DNA of 64,000 nt. Source: Escherichia phage vB_EcoM-RPN187. Shown in pieces: positions 13,165 to 21,909 of this stretch. The position numbers and the translations under genes are program-made. Location: sequence record OL770074.2, one strand, 5' to 3'. The stretch's first letter is position 1. The number at the start of each line of letters is the position of its first letter. Under the pieces are notes generated by a model. The model saw nothing but the letters and a program-made list of their open reading frames with translations, made no database searches and was not told the DNA's origin.

Positions 13165-13434
13165 TTATTTCTGTGCAATTTCGATGTAAGTTTTCAAAAT
13201 ATTTTGCCAATTAGGCATACCTTCTTGGACATATGCCGGAGAACCATCTTTGTTTTTGAATGACGCAAGTTTATCAGTGGCCCAATAACCTTTAGCTCGA
13301 GCTTCGGAATCAACTTTCATCCATACTTTGTTGAAGGCATTACCATTAACTTTTGCACCATATTTTTCTACTAATCTAACTGCTTCAGCTTCCAGAACTT
13401 TTAAAGTATCTCGTAAGAAACGTGCTTTAGTCAT
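13165..13434 (-). CDS. hypothetical protein, antisense-oriented early gene between 23 and 24
   Basis: 89 aa, ATG at 13434 preceded by GAGGAG; own early-type promoter upstream; no recognisable motif. Confidence 0.5.
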   Translation of the reverse strand: MTKARFLRDTLKVLEAEAVRLVEKYGAKVNGNAFNKVWMKVDSEARAKGYWATDKLASFKNKDGSPAYVQEGMPNWQNILKTYIEIAQK

Positions 13435-13462
13435 TTTGTTTACTCCTCTGTAGTTGATAAGT

Positions 13463-13494
13463 CTATAGTATCACATACCAAATACGTTGTAAAC
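13463..13494 (-). promoter_or_regulatory. T4 early-type promoter (GTTTAC ... TGATACTATAG) for ORF 13165..13434
   Basis: Reverse complement reads ttGTTTACaacgtatttggtatgtgaTACTATAGa; same architecture as eight other minus-strand promoters here. Confidence 0.5.
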
Positions 13495-13500
13495 AATCTT

Positions 13501-13508
13501 TATAAATA
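13501..13508 (+). promoter_or_regulatory. late promoter (TATAAATA) for gene 24
   Basis: Exact TATAAATA 28 nt upstream of the gene 24 ATG. Confidence 0.6.
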
Positions 13509-13535
13509 ATCTATATCACATAAGGAAAAAATGCA

Positions 13536-14819
13536 ATGAGTAAAATCCAAAAATTATTGCGTGAATCTACAACGTCTACTAGCAACTCAATTGGTCGCCC
13601 AAATCTCGTTGCTTTGACTCGCGCTACGACTAAATTAATATATTCTGACATTGTAGCAACACAAAGAACTAATCAACCTGTTGCTGCTTTTTATGGTATC
13701 AAATATCTTAACCCAGATAACGAATTCACATTTAAAACTGGTGCTACTTATGCAGGCGAAGTTGGATATGTGGACCGAGAAAAAATTACTGAGCTCACAG
13801 AAGATTCAAAAGCCACACTAAATAAAGGCGATTTTTTCAAATATAATAATATCGTCTATAAAGTGTTAGAAGATACACCGTTTGCAGATATTCAAGAAAG
13901 TGATCTAGAACTAGCTCTTCAGATTGCAATCGTTCATTTAAAGGTACGGTTATTTTCAGATGCAGCGGTAACAAGCAAATTTGAAAGCTCTGATAGCGAA
14001 ATTTCTGATGCAAGATTCCAGATTAATAAATGGCAAACTTCGGTCAAATCTCGTAAACTTAAAACTGGTCTCACGGTTGAATTAGCGCAAGATTTGGAAG
14101 CGAATGGATTTGATGCCCCTAACTTCTTAGAAGATTTGCTTGCTACTGAAATGGCTGATGAAATTAATAAAGATATTCTTCAGTCTTTAATTACTGTATC
14201 TAAACGCTATAAAGTTACTGGAATTACTGACACCGGATTTATTGACTTGAGCTATGCATCCGCTCCAGAAGCAGGTCGTTCATTATATCGAATGGTGTGT
14301 GAAATGGTATCACACATTCAAAAAGAGACAACTTATACTGCAACGTTTTGTGTAGCCTCAGCTCGTGCAGCTGCTATTCTTGCTGCTTCTGGTTGGTTAA
14401 AACATAAGCCAGAAGATGACAAGTATCTTTCACAAAATGCTTATGGATTCTTGGCAAATGGATTACCTCTTTACTGCGATACCAACAGTCCGTTAGATTA
14501 TGTTATTGTGGGTGTTGTAGAAAATATCGGCGAAAAAGAAATTGTAGGGTCCATCTTTTATGCTCCATACACTGAAGGAGTAGATTTAGATGACCCTGAA
14601 CATGTTGGTGCATTTAAAGTTGTAGTTGATCCAGAAAGCTTGCAACCGTCTATCGGATTATTGGTTAGATATGCTTTATCAGCAAATCCTTACACAGTAG
14701 CAAAAGATGAAAAAGAAGCGAGAATAATTGATGGCGGGGACATGGATAAAATGGCAGGACGTTCAGACTTGTCTGTTTTACTCGGTGTTAAATTGCCAAA
14801 AATCATCGTTGATGAATAA
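13536..14819 (+). CDS. 24: head vertex protein gp24
   Basis: 427 aa, same length as T4 gp24; gp23 paralogue. Confidence 0.9.
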   Translation: MSKIQKLLRESTTSTSNSIGRPNLVALTRATTKLIYSDIVATQRTNQPVAAFYGIKYLNPDNEFTFKTGATYAGEVGYVDREKITELTEDSKATLNKGDFFKYNNIVYKVLEDTPFADIQESDLELALQIAIVHLKVRLFSDAAVTSKFESSDSEISDARFQINKWQTSVKSRKLKTGLTVELAQDLEANGFDAPNFLEDLLATEMADEINKDILQSLITVSKRYKVTGITDTGFIDLSYASAPEAGRSLYRMVCEMVSHIQKETTYTATFCVASARAAAILAASGWLKHKPEDDKYLSQNAYGFLANGLPLYCDTNSPLDYVIVGVVENIGEKEIVGSIFYAPYTEGVDLDDPEHVGAFKVVVDPESLQPSIGLLVRYALSANPYTVAKDEKEARIIDGGDMDKMAGRSDLSVLLGVKLPKIIVDE

Positions 14820-14848
14820 AAAAAAAAGGGACCTTACGGTCCCTTTTT
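14820..14848. terminator. bidirectional terminator between gene 24 (+) and rnlB (-)
   Basis: A10-gggacc-ttac-ggtccc-T5: hairpin flanked by A-run and T-run between convergent stops. Confidence 0.75.
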
Positions 14849-14850
14849 CG

Positions 14851-15849
14851 TTATGATACTAATTCAATCCATGCAGGACGCAGAACATCTTGCACCATTC
14901 GGACTAATTCTTTCTTAACAAGATTCGGATTATCAGATGATGTTAATACAATACCTTCACGAGAAGTTTCTTCCAGAATATCTTGAACAGTCAATCCCAT
15001 CACTTTGCCAAAATCTTTTGGCGTTACAGTCCCAATCTTAGAAATCACATTATTAACACGATTTAATGTAACATAACAAGCTAGAACATCAAGCAAGTTT
15101 TTGTCAATTTCGGTTAATGGAACCTGAGTTTTAATAGGCTTATCAGACTTTTTCTTTTCACTGAATTTAGAGTTCTTGCACTTAATAGCTACACGAGTAC
15201 CGTTTGGCAGCCATTTAGGGAAACAAGGCTTCAGAACATAACCTTCTGCCGTATTATCGCCAATAACATTAGCATCAAATACACAATTATTTGCTTCTAA
15301 AAGGTCTTCTGACGCAGTAGCATTATAAGCGGCTAAGACGGAATCAAGGTCGTTCGGAATCATGATAAGAGAATCAAATGTTCCACGACCAAGCATTGGT
15401 GCCATTTTAAAACCGAATTCATTACAGAAATCTTGCATTTCGTAATCGGTCAAATACGTATTATCACCACTTTCTGTATTGATAAGGATATCGAACACAT
15501 AAAAATCTTTTTCACCGTAGTCAACACCTTTCTGGATTCCACCGCCAGCGAATTCACCGAATACTTGATATGATACGGCTCGAGCTGCGTGCATTAATTC
15601 CTGAACGGCTTTAATAGCTTTATCATACTTCTTGAGTACGATTTCATAGCCGTAAAAATCTTCTGCTGGAAGAATAGGGCCTGTGCGCTTGGCGCATGTG
15701 ACGTTGTCACGTTCAATTATTAACGAGAAGTTGGTCCCATGGATCTTCTCACGTGCTACCCAAACACCAGTAGTCAAACCGTTAGTGTAGAGGTTTTCAA
15801 TAAACTTAGAGTTGTAGTGGTTTTCAAGACTGCTGTATTTCTTAAACAT
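14851..15849 (-). CDS. rnlB: RNA ligase 2 (RnlB)
   Basis: 332 aa; near-identical to T4 Rnl2 as recalled; nucleotidyltransferase motif KIHGTN. Confidence 0.85.
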   Translation of the reverse strand: MFKKYSSLENHYNSKFIENLYTNGLTTGVWVAREKIHGTNFSLIIERDNVTCAKRTGPILPAEDFYGYEIVLKKYDKAIKAVQELMHAARAVSYQVFGEFAGGGIQKGVDYGEKDFYVFDILINTESGDNTYLTDYEMQDFCNEFGFKMAPMLGRGTFDSLIMIPNDLDSVLAAYNATASEDLLEANNCVFDANVIGDNTAEGYVLKPCFPKWLPNGTRVAIKCKNSKFSEKKKSDKPIKTQVPLTEIDKNLLDVLACYVTLNRVNNVISKIGTVTPKDFGKVMGLTVQDILEETSREGIVLTSSDNPNLVKKELVRMVQDVLRPAWIELVS

Positions 15850-15940
15850 AAATCACCATTATAAATAATAATATCAAAATAATTAGCAGAGACTCTATCT
15901 CTGTCCCAATGTTTAATTTGAATGGATAGAACCTAGATTC

Positions 15941-15967
15941 ATTATACCATCAAAAAATGTAAAGCAT
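15941..15967 (-). promoter_or_regulatory. MotA-dependent middle promoter (TGCTTTA box + TATAAT) for rnlB
   Basis: Reverse complement reads gtaTGCTTTAc-13 nt-TATAAT in the 24.2-rnlB intergenic region. Confidence 0.45.
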
Positions 15968-15968
15968 A

Positions 15969-16220
15969 CTAGAACTTGATTTCTATCCAGTGCCCATCAC
16001 GCTGGTCGTGATTAATTTTGTACTGAAAGCCGTTATCACGGAACCACTGCCCGATTTGCTCGGTGATAGTTAAATCATTCTTTGACGGATAGTATGTAAA
16101 TTGTGTCTGGCCTTTGTCAGCGGCTTTCTCTGCCATCACAGAGAAGTTAGTAATAAAATCTTTCAACAAATTGGCTTTAGTGGCCAGGGCCCTTTCTCTT
16201 AATTCCTGTGCAAAACTCAT
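15969..16220 (-). CDS. hypothetical protein (T4 24.2 position)
   Basis: 83 aa, ATG start, ATGA overlap with upstream gene; synteny only. Confidence 0.5.
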   Translation of the reverse strand: MSFAQELRERALATKANLLKDFITNFSVMAEKAADKGQTQFTYYPSKNDLTITEQIGQWFRDNGFQYKINHDQRDGHWIEIKF

Positions 16221-16411
16221 TTCTTCACCTTTTTGTTAATAAAACGTTTACGGTATACAACTTTTTCTTTTGCTTTAAACTTTGACCGAGCTGTCTCGGC
16301 TTTAGTCCATAGTAATCCAACTTCTTTAGGTTGTAAACCGATTTTTTGAGCAATTTCTACGAATGAAAATCCCGCCTCATGTAATGTATAAACTTCAACT
16401 TCAGCTCTCAT
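16217..16411 (-). CDS. small basic helix-turn-helix-like protein (T4 24.3 position)
   Basis: ORF-track start 16417 is TTG; first ATG at 16411; HTH-like FSFVEIAQKIGLQPKEV and K/R-rich tail. Confidence 0.45.
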   Translation of the reverse strand: MRAEVEVYTLHEAGFSFVEIAQKIGLQPKEVGLLWTKAETARSKFKAKEKVVYRKRFINKKVKK

Positions 16412-16475
16412 AATCAATCCCGTATTATTTGGTTTGTGCCATTATACACATCAATCTCAAGATGTGTTTTGTATG

Positions 16476-16506
16476 CTTTAAAAACGAAGAAAGGGGCCGA
16501 AGCCCC
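16476..16506 (-). terminator. intrinsic terminator (UUCG tetraloop on minus strand) downstream of hoc
   Basis: ggggc-cgaa-gcccc; on the minus strand it is followed by a U-rich run. Confidence 0.6.
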
Positions 16507-16512
16507 TTACGA

Positions 16513-17364
16513 TTATTGATAGGTATAGATGATACCAGTTTCTAAAGCAGTTTTATGAATGATGTATCCATTACGTGATTCTTGAACATCAACTTCTGGA
16601 TAATCTTGCAACATCTTCTGAAGAGTGTAACGATGCAGGTAGTATTTACTATCTGGATCTTCAGTTTTCCAATCTTTACCTTCTTCGGTCATTTTTTGGA
16701 TTTCATCCATAACCCACCAACCGCACCAGATGTAAGCTGAAGTACGATGTGGAAGAGGATGAACATAAGGTAATTCGCCTTCTGGTTCTTGAGCAACTTT
16801 ATCATTCACAGTAAGTGATACTTCATTCGAAGTAACTTCCTTTGCATCATAATCTGTCGCGGTTACTTGAGCTACACACTTAATTGTTTTAACTCCGCTT
16901 GTGGAAGGAGTGTAATTAAATGTAGCAGAAGTTGCTTCGCCTACAGGAGAACCGTCAACGTACCACTGATACGTAGCAGATGCGCCTGATGGTTGAGAAG
17001 CTAAAGCAGCAGTAAATTCAACAGGAGTTCCAATCGCTCCAGTAGCAGGACTATCAGGAGTTACAGCTAAGGTAGTTGACTGAGTTTTATTTTTAACTGT
17101 GATAGTTGTTGTCGCTTCAGCCGTTTCCGGGCCTCCTTCAGAAAGTGTATTTGTTGCAACAACTTTAATTGTTTTTGTTCCAGCAGGTCCTTTTAACACA
17201 TAATCAAAAGTTGCTTCAGATCCATCTTGTTGAACATTATCTACAGTCCAAGCATAGGTAATAGTTCCACCTCCAGTTTCACCACTGGGTGTAGCAGTAA
17301 ACTGCTGAGTCTGATCTATAACTCCAGTAGGTGTTTTAGGAGTTATATCAACTGTAAAAGTCAT
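16513..17364 (-). CDS. hoc: highly immunogenic outer capsid protein Hoc (short form)
   Basis: 283 aa; N-terminal Ig-like T/S-rich repeats and C-terminal WCGWWVMDEIQKM capsid-binding region; about 90 aa shorter than T4 Hoc (376 aa as recalled). Confidence 0.8.
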   Translation of the reverse strand: MTFTVDITPKTPTGVIDQTQQFTATPSGETGGGTITYAWTVDNVQQDGSEATFDYVLKGPAGTKTIKVVATNTLSEGGPETAEATTTITVKNKTQSTTLAVTPDSPATGAIGTPVEFTAALASQPSGASATYQWYVDGSPVGEATSATFNYTPSTSGVKTIKCVAQVTATDYDAKEVTSNEVSLTVNDKVAQEPEGELPYVHPLPHRTSAYIWCGWWVMDEIQKMTEEGKDWKTEDPDSKYYLHRYTLQKMLQDYPEVDVQESRNGYIIHKTALETGIIYTYQ

Positions 17365-17373
17365 AAGTTATCC

Positions 17374-18042
17374 TTATTTTAATGTTACGAAAGAAGAATT
17401 GCGTGTTTCACGAATTAGAACTGATCCGTCGCGATTAATGTAATAAATTAAGCTAAATAAAGTTTGGTGAGCAGAAGCATGCACAAAACTAGTTGGGCGA
17501 GATTTCCAATCTGGGGTTTCGGCTATCCATTGATAAATCCACCAAGGAACAGTAACATATCCTGGGCCTTTGCCTAATTTAATGAGTGTAGGACTAAAAT
17601 TTTCAGGCAGAACAAATTTTACTTCTTTATTTACATCTGCCTCAGGCTCTTTTTCAGATTCAACAACCTGAGTAATTGCTTCTTCGAATTTATCATGGTC
17701 GAATTCTTTTTCTTGTTCGACAACTTCTAATACTTCAACTTGTTCTGTTGGAGAATCAAACAACAGAATAGCTTCTTCTTTAACTTCTTCGTTGGTGAAA
17801 TTAACACCGTCCACATCATCTGCGGCAGTAATTAAATCGGTGATAGATAATCCATCAGTTTCAGGTAATGGTTCATCAGCCAGTGCTTTAAGAGCTTCTT
17901 CGATATCAATAACAATATTATCGAATGATTTTGTTTTCTTAACACTAATCCCAAATTGTTCTGCGTATTCAAACAGTTTAGCTTTGGCTTCCTTTTTATC
18001 AGAAAGAGCACGTAACTCTTCAATATAGTCTTTATCGATCAT
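17374..18042 (-). CDS. inh: Inh, inhibitor of prohead protease gp21 (by synteny)
   Basis: 222 aa acidic protein immediately downstream of hoc as in T4. Confidence 0.55.
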   Translation of the reverse strand: MIDKDYIEELRALSDKKEAKAKLFEYAEQFGISVKKTKSFDNIVIDIEEALKALADEPLPETDGLSITDLITAADDVDGVNFTNEEVKEEAILLFDSPTEQVEVLEVVEQEKEFDHDKFEEAITQVVESEKEPEADVNKEVKFVLPENFSPTLIKLGKGPGYVTVPWWIYQWIAETPDWKSRPTSFVHASAHQTLFSLIYYINRDGSVLIRETRNSSFVTLK

Positions 18043-18055
18043 GGTATTTCCTCAT

Positions 18056-18071
18056 TATAAATATAACTATA
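18056..18071 (+). promoter_or_regulatory. late promoter, 16-bp element TATAAATATAACTATA (copy 3), upstream of uvsW
   Basis: Exact 16-mer, 22 nt upstream of the uvsW ATG. Confidence 0.6.
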
Positions 18072-18092
18072 TTTATTACATGGTAATTTGAC

Positions 18093-19607
18093 ATGACTGA
18101 CATTAAAGTACATTTTTATGATTTTAGTCACGTGCGCATTGAATGCGACGAAAGTACGTTTTACGAACTTCGTGACTTTTTTAGTTTTGAAGCTGACGGG
18201 TATAAATTTAACCCAAAATATCGCTATGGGAACTGGGATGGTAGAATTCGACTTTTAGATTATAACCGTTTGTTACCATATGGACTTGTAGGACAAATAA
18301 AAAAGTTCTGTAATAATATGAGTTATTCTGTATGGATTGACCCTAAAATATTTGAGACCGAAGACCTTACCAGGGAAGATTTTGACGCATGGCTTTCTAA
18401 ACAAGAAATTTATTCGGGCAACTCCAAAATCGAACCACATTGGTATCAAAAAGATGCAGTATACGAAGGATTAGTTAATCGTCGTCGAATTTTAAACCTT
18501 CCGACATCAGCAGGTAAATCACTAATCCAAGCACTTTTAGCTCGATATTATCTAGAGAACTATGAAGGTAAAATTCTCATTATCGTCCCTACAACAGCAT
18601 TGACAACCCAGATGGCTAATGATTTTGTTGATTATCGCTTGTTTAGTCATTCGATGATTAAGAAAATTGGCGGTGGTGCTGATAAAGCAGACAGAGCTAA
18701 AAACGACGCTCCAATTATTGTTGGCACATGGCAAACAGTAGTTAAGCAGCCTAAAGAATGGTTCTCTCAGTTCGGTATGATGATGAATGATGAATGCCAC
18801 TTAGCAACAGGCAAAAGTATTTCTTCAATCATCTCAGGATTAAATAATTGCATGTTTAAATTCGGTTTATCTGGCTCATTAAGAGATGGAAAAGCCAATG
18901 TAATGCAGTACGTAGGTATGTTCGGCGAAATCTTCCGTCCTGTTAGCACGTCTAAATTAATGGAAGACGGACAGGTAACTGAGCTTAAGATTAATAGTAT
19001 TTTCCTTCGTTATCCGGACGAATTCACCGTTAAATTAAAAGGTAAAACATACCAAGAAGAAGTTAAAATTATTACCGGACTAAAACGACGTACAAAGTGG
19101 ATTGCTCAACTTTCAGTCAAATTGGCTAAGAAAGACGAGAACGCCTTTGTAATGTTTAAACACGTTACACACGGTAAAGAAATATTTGAAGCTATTAAAG
19201 AGCTTGGATACGAAAAAGTTTATTACGTATCAGGTGAAGTTGATACTGAAACACGTAACGCGCTTAAAGTCATGGCAGAAAATGGTAAAGGCATTATTAT
19301 TGTCGCATCATATGGAGTATTCTCTACTGGTATTTCAGTCAAGAATCTTCATCATGTTATTTTTGCCCATGGTGTTAAATCAAAAATTATCGTACTTCAA
19401 ACCGTAGGTCGCGTGCTTCGTAAGCATGGTTCTAAAGCTGTTGCTACAGTTTGGGATCTCATCGATGACGCAGGTGTAAAACCTAAATCATTAAATACTA
19501 AAAAGAAGTATACTCATCTTAATTACTTGTTAAAACACGGTATTGATCGTATCCAACGTTACGCTGATGAGAAATTTAACTATGTAATGAAAACAATTAA
19601 TTTATAA
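18093..19607 (+). CDS. uvsW: UvsW DNA/RNA helicase
   Basis: 504 aa; Walker A PTSAGKS and DECH box; near-identical to T4 UvsW as recalled. Confidence 0.9.
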   Translation: MTDIKVHFYDFSHVRIECDESTFYELRDFFSFEADGYKFNPKYRYGNWDGRIRLLDYNRLLPYGLVGQIKKFCNNMSYSVWIDPKIFETEDLTREDFDAWLSKQEIYSGNSKIEPHWYQKDAVYEGLVNRRRILNLPTSAGKSLIQALLARYYLENYEGKILIIVPTTALTTQMANDFVDYRLFSHSMIKKIGGGADKADRAKNDAPIIVGTWQTVVKQPKEWFSQFGMMMNDECHLATGKSISSIISGLNNCMFKFGLSGSLRDGKANVMQYVGMFGEIFRPVSTSKLMEDGQVTELKINSIFLRYPDEFTVKLKGKTYQEEVKIITGLKRRTKWIAQLSVKLAKKDENAFVMFKHVTHGKEIFEAIKELGYEKVYYVSGEVDTETRNALKVMAENGKGIIIVASYGVFSTGISVKNLHHVIFAHGVKSKIIVLQTVGRVLRKHGSKAVATVWDLIDDAGVKPKSLNTKKKYTHLNYLLKHGIDRIQRYADEKFNYVMKTINL

Positions 19608-19632
19608 GGGCTTCGGCCCTTAGGAGATAAAA

Positions 19633-19863
19633 ATGGTACTTGAATTTAAACAATTTTTATACGAAGCATCTATTGACGAATTCATGGGTAAAATTGCTAG
19701 TTGTCATACCTTAGAAGGGCTTGAAGAATTGGAAGCTTATTATAAGAAACGTATAAAAGAAACGAAATTAAAAGATACAGATGATATTTCTGTCAGGGAT
19801 GCCTTAGCAGGTAAGCGTGCCGAACTTGAAGGCGACGATGATGATGAGGAAGAAGACTTCTAA
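19633..19863 (+). CDS. uvsW.1: UvsW.1 small acidic protein
   Basis: 76 aa; position and size as in T4. Confidence 0.6.
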   Translation: MVLEFKQFLYEASIDEFMGKIASCHTLEGLEELEAYYKKRIKETKLKDTDDISVRDALAGKRAELEGDDDDEEEDF

Positions 19864-19865
19864 TT

Positions 19866-19895
19866 AAAAAAGGCCCGACCTTTTTGGAAGGGCCA
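19866..19895. terminator. putative bidirectional terminator between uvsW.1 (+) and uvsY.-2 (-)
   Basis: GGCCC...GGGCC stem flanked by A-run and T-run between convergent genes; stem is weak. Confidence 0.35.
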
Positions 19896-19919
19896 AAACC
19901 ATAGGCAAAAAAGGTAACA

Positions 19920-20087
19920 CTATAGTAAAAGTTGGGTTTCGTTCAATTGCTCTTCTGAACTTTCTGAAACCGGCATTTGTTGGACATAATTATAACAAGG
20001 CCCAGGATGTGCTGGTCCTTTGTCTGTTTCAACAACCAATGCAGAATCGATTGGAGTTTTACAGACAACACAAATCTTATCTGACAT
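19920..20087 (-). CDS. small Cys-containing protein (T4 uvsY.-2 position), 55 aa
   Basis: Not in ORF track (under 60 aa); hand-translated MSDKICVVCKTPIDSALVVETDKGPAHPGPCYNYVQQMPVSESSEEQLNETQLLL; AGGAGG 7 nt upstream. Confidence 0.5.
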   Translation of the reverse strand: MSDKICVVCKTPIDSALVVETDKGPAHPGPCYNYVQQMPVSESSEEQLNETQLLL

Positions 20088-20119
20088 GATTGCCTCCTAA
20101 GTTGAAATTACATATCTAT

Positions 20120-20344
20120 TTATACAACTCGCATGCACATATCGATACCCATATCTTTTGTATAAAAATACTCGTCGATGTACCCAGCAAACTTCCCTTT
20201 AATATAAAGGACGTCTTCGCCACAAGGGTGGTCTGCCAGGATACGAATATCCTGGCGTCGTAGACGATACTTTTCCATTAAGAATTTAATTTCAGTTTCA
20301 AATTCTTCATCATTATTAAAGGCATCTTCAATTGAATAGCGCAT
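20120..20344 (-). CDS. hypothetical protein (T4 uvsY.-1 position)
   Basis: 74 aa; TAATG overlap with the uvsY stop. Confidence 0.55.
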   Translation of the reverse strand: MRYSIEDAFNNDEEFETEIKFLMEKYRLRRQDIRILADHPCGEDVLYIKGKFAGYIDEYFYTKDMGIDMCMRVV

Positions 20345-20757
20345 TATTGCCCCGCTTCAAATTCTCGCATATCCTGGATATGTTTAAGTGCAAAACTACG
20401 AGACTTAACTGCGTCAAGTGCACCACTACAGAACTCAAGTAAAATTCCCCAGTATTGTAAAGTAGTCTCTATTTTAAGCACATCTTTATCTGCAGCCAGG
20501 ACAGTTTTCATTTCAGACTTCTCGTATCGGTCCATACTGAATTCATCACCGTCACCTCGTCCCGAGTAGTAGTCTAATCTTGCTTTTAGAGCAGTTTTCT
20601 TCTGAGTCTCTATACGCAACATTTCTTTACGAATAAATGAGTGCTTACGTAGCCATTTGCTGTATAACTTAACATTATTCGCCGTCTCATATTGCAACTT
20701 TGTCATATCAATAGCTAAGTCTGCGTCTAACTCTTCCTGTAAATCTTCCAGCTTCAT
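20344..20757 (-). CDS. uvsY: UvsY recombination mediator protein
   Basis: 137 aa from ATG at 20757 (MKLEDLQEEL...) matches T4 UvsY; the ORF-track 5' extension to 20838 starts at an ATG inside the MotA box. Confidence 0.85.
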   Translation of the reverse strand: MKLEDLQEELDADLAIDMTKLQYETANNVKLYSKWLRKHSFIRKEMLRIETQKKTALKARLDYYSGRGDGDEFSMDRYEKSEMKTVLAADKDVLKIETTLQYWGILLEFCSGALDAVKSRSFALKHIQDMREFEAGQ

Positions 20758-20812
20758 AATGTTCTCTCTTTTAACTAATAATCTCCCGGCTGTATCGGAA
20801 GGACCTAAAACC

Positions 20813-20837
20813 ATTATACACAGGTTGCCTTGAAGCA
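20813..20837 (-). promoter_or_regulatory. MotA-dependent middle promoter for uvsY
   Basis: Reverse complement reads aaTGCTTCAa-12 nt-TATAAT in the 25-uvsY intergenic region; T4 uvsY is a known middle gene. Confidence 0.55.
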
Positions 20838-21236
20838 TTACACTCTATTGCTTGACGCTAACTGAAGTTTAATTTGTTCAATATCGTCAGGGTTGTCTAC
20901 GACCGAAAATCTAATCTCTACTATAACCGTATAGTCATCATATACTGGCGTTACACTCACAGAAAGTTTGTCGATGCGTGGCTCATAGTTACGAACAGCT
21001 GCCTGGATATTACGCTCAATCGTATCGGCTGTAAGTGGTGTCATGTTCTCGAAAAGTTCGTCGACCAAATCGCATCCAAATTCAGGGTCGAAGGGGCGTG
21101 AGCCTTTTCTAGTTGTCACTATGCCAAGAAGACTATTTTTAATAGAACGAAGTCCTACAGAACGAGCAACGTCCTTGTTCCAATCCATACGCATTTCTGG
21201 GTCGATATCTGAATAAAGTTTATTGATATTAGACAT
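20838..21236 (-). CDS. 25: baseplate wedge protein gp25
   Basis: 132 aa; near-identical to T4 gp25 as recalled. Confidence 0.9.
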   Translation of the reverse strand: MSNINKLYSDIDPEMRMDWNKDVARSVGLRSIKNSLLGIVTTRKGSRPFDPEFGCDLVDELFENMTPLTADTIERNIQAAVRNYEPRIDKLSVSVTPVYDDYTVIVEIRFSVVDNPDDIEQIKLQLASSNRV

Positions 21237-21862
21237 TATAGTAACTCAAAGAATTCTTTGAGGCCTCGTATTGTGTGAACGTGTGACGCCCCACATTTGG
21301 GACATTTAATAGGGGTTGCCAGATAAATTGATGGCGATACTAAAAGATTTTTAATATTGATCATGTCATCTTCTGTTATAAGGCCGTAAAGGTCGTTTAT
21401 TTCTGCTTCAGTTAAATCTTCAACAGGGATGGACTCTCCATTGACAAAAACAGCCTCAATACATGAAGCAATCATTAATGCGATATTTTTATCGTCAAAT
21501 AATTTAGGTTGACGGAACTTAATTTTAATACCACTGAACGAATACCAGGGATCGGCCTGTTCATCTAATCGAGTGTGCAATAAATTCATATAGACTTGAA
21601 ATGAATGCCCACAGGAACAATTCCAGGTGTGTTCTTGATTCACTTCACCTAATGAATGTGCCCACAGATTTACCAACAATAACTCGGCTTCTTGTTTAGT
21701 CAAGTTTTTAGCGTTAGAGCAATTAGTGATAATATTGTTCACTGCTGATTCAATAGTACCTGTAGCCCGCGCACCTATGAGTCCTAGATATTCTTTTAAA
21801 GTAAAGGCTCTACAATTCACTTCTTTATCGCCTAAACGTACGGTAAACGTATATTTGTACAT
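21236..21862 (-). CDS. 26: baseplate hub subunit gp26
   Basis: 208 aa; size and position as in T4. Confidence 0.8.
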   Translation of the reverse strand: MYKYTFTVRLGDKEVNCRAFTLKEYLGLIGARATGTIESAVNNIITNCSNAKNLTKQEAELLLVNLWAHSLGEVNQEHTWNCSCGHSFQVYMNLLHTRLDEQADPWYSFSGIKIKFRQPKLFDDKNIALMIASCIEAVFVNGESIPVEDLTEAEINDLYGLITEDDMINIKNLLVSPSIYLATPIKCPKCGASHVHTIRGLKEFFELL

Positions 21863-21884
21863 GTTAACTCCTTTATTGTGTATT

Positions 21885-21892
21885 TATAAATA
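21885..21892 (+). promoter_or_regulatory. late promoter (TATAAATA) for gene 51, in a palindromic TATTTATAAATA that also reads as a late promoter towards gene 26
   Basis: tatttataaataat between divergent genes 26 and 51; near-palindrome gives TATAAATA on both strands. Confidence 0.55.
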
Positions 21893-21909
21893 ATAGAAAA
21901 GGAGTAATT

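Noticed and set aside
15861-15868. Exact TATAAATA on the plus strand in the rnlB / 24.2 intergenic region
   Set aside because: No plus-strand gene downstream; an 8-bp AT-only motif is expected by chance in AT-rich DNA. A minus-strand MotA-type promoter explains this region better.
20344-20838. ORF-track 164-aa version of uvsY starting at 20838
   Set aside because: The extra 27 N-terminal codons begin at an ATG inside the MotA box and read through the promoter; the T4-like 137-aa protein starts at ATG 20757.
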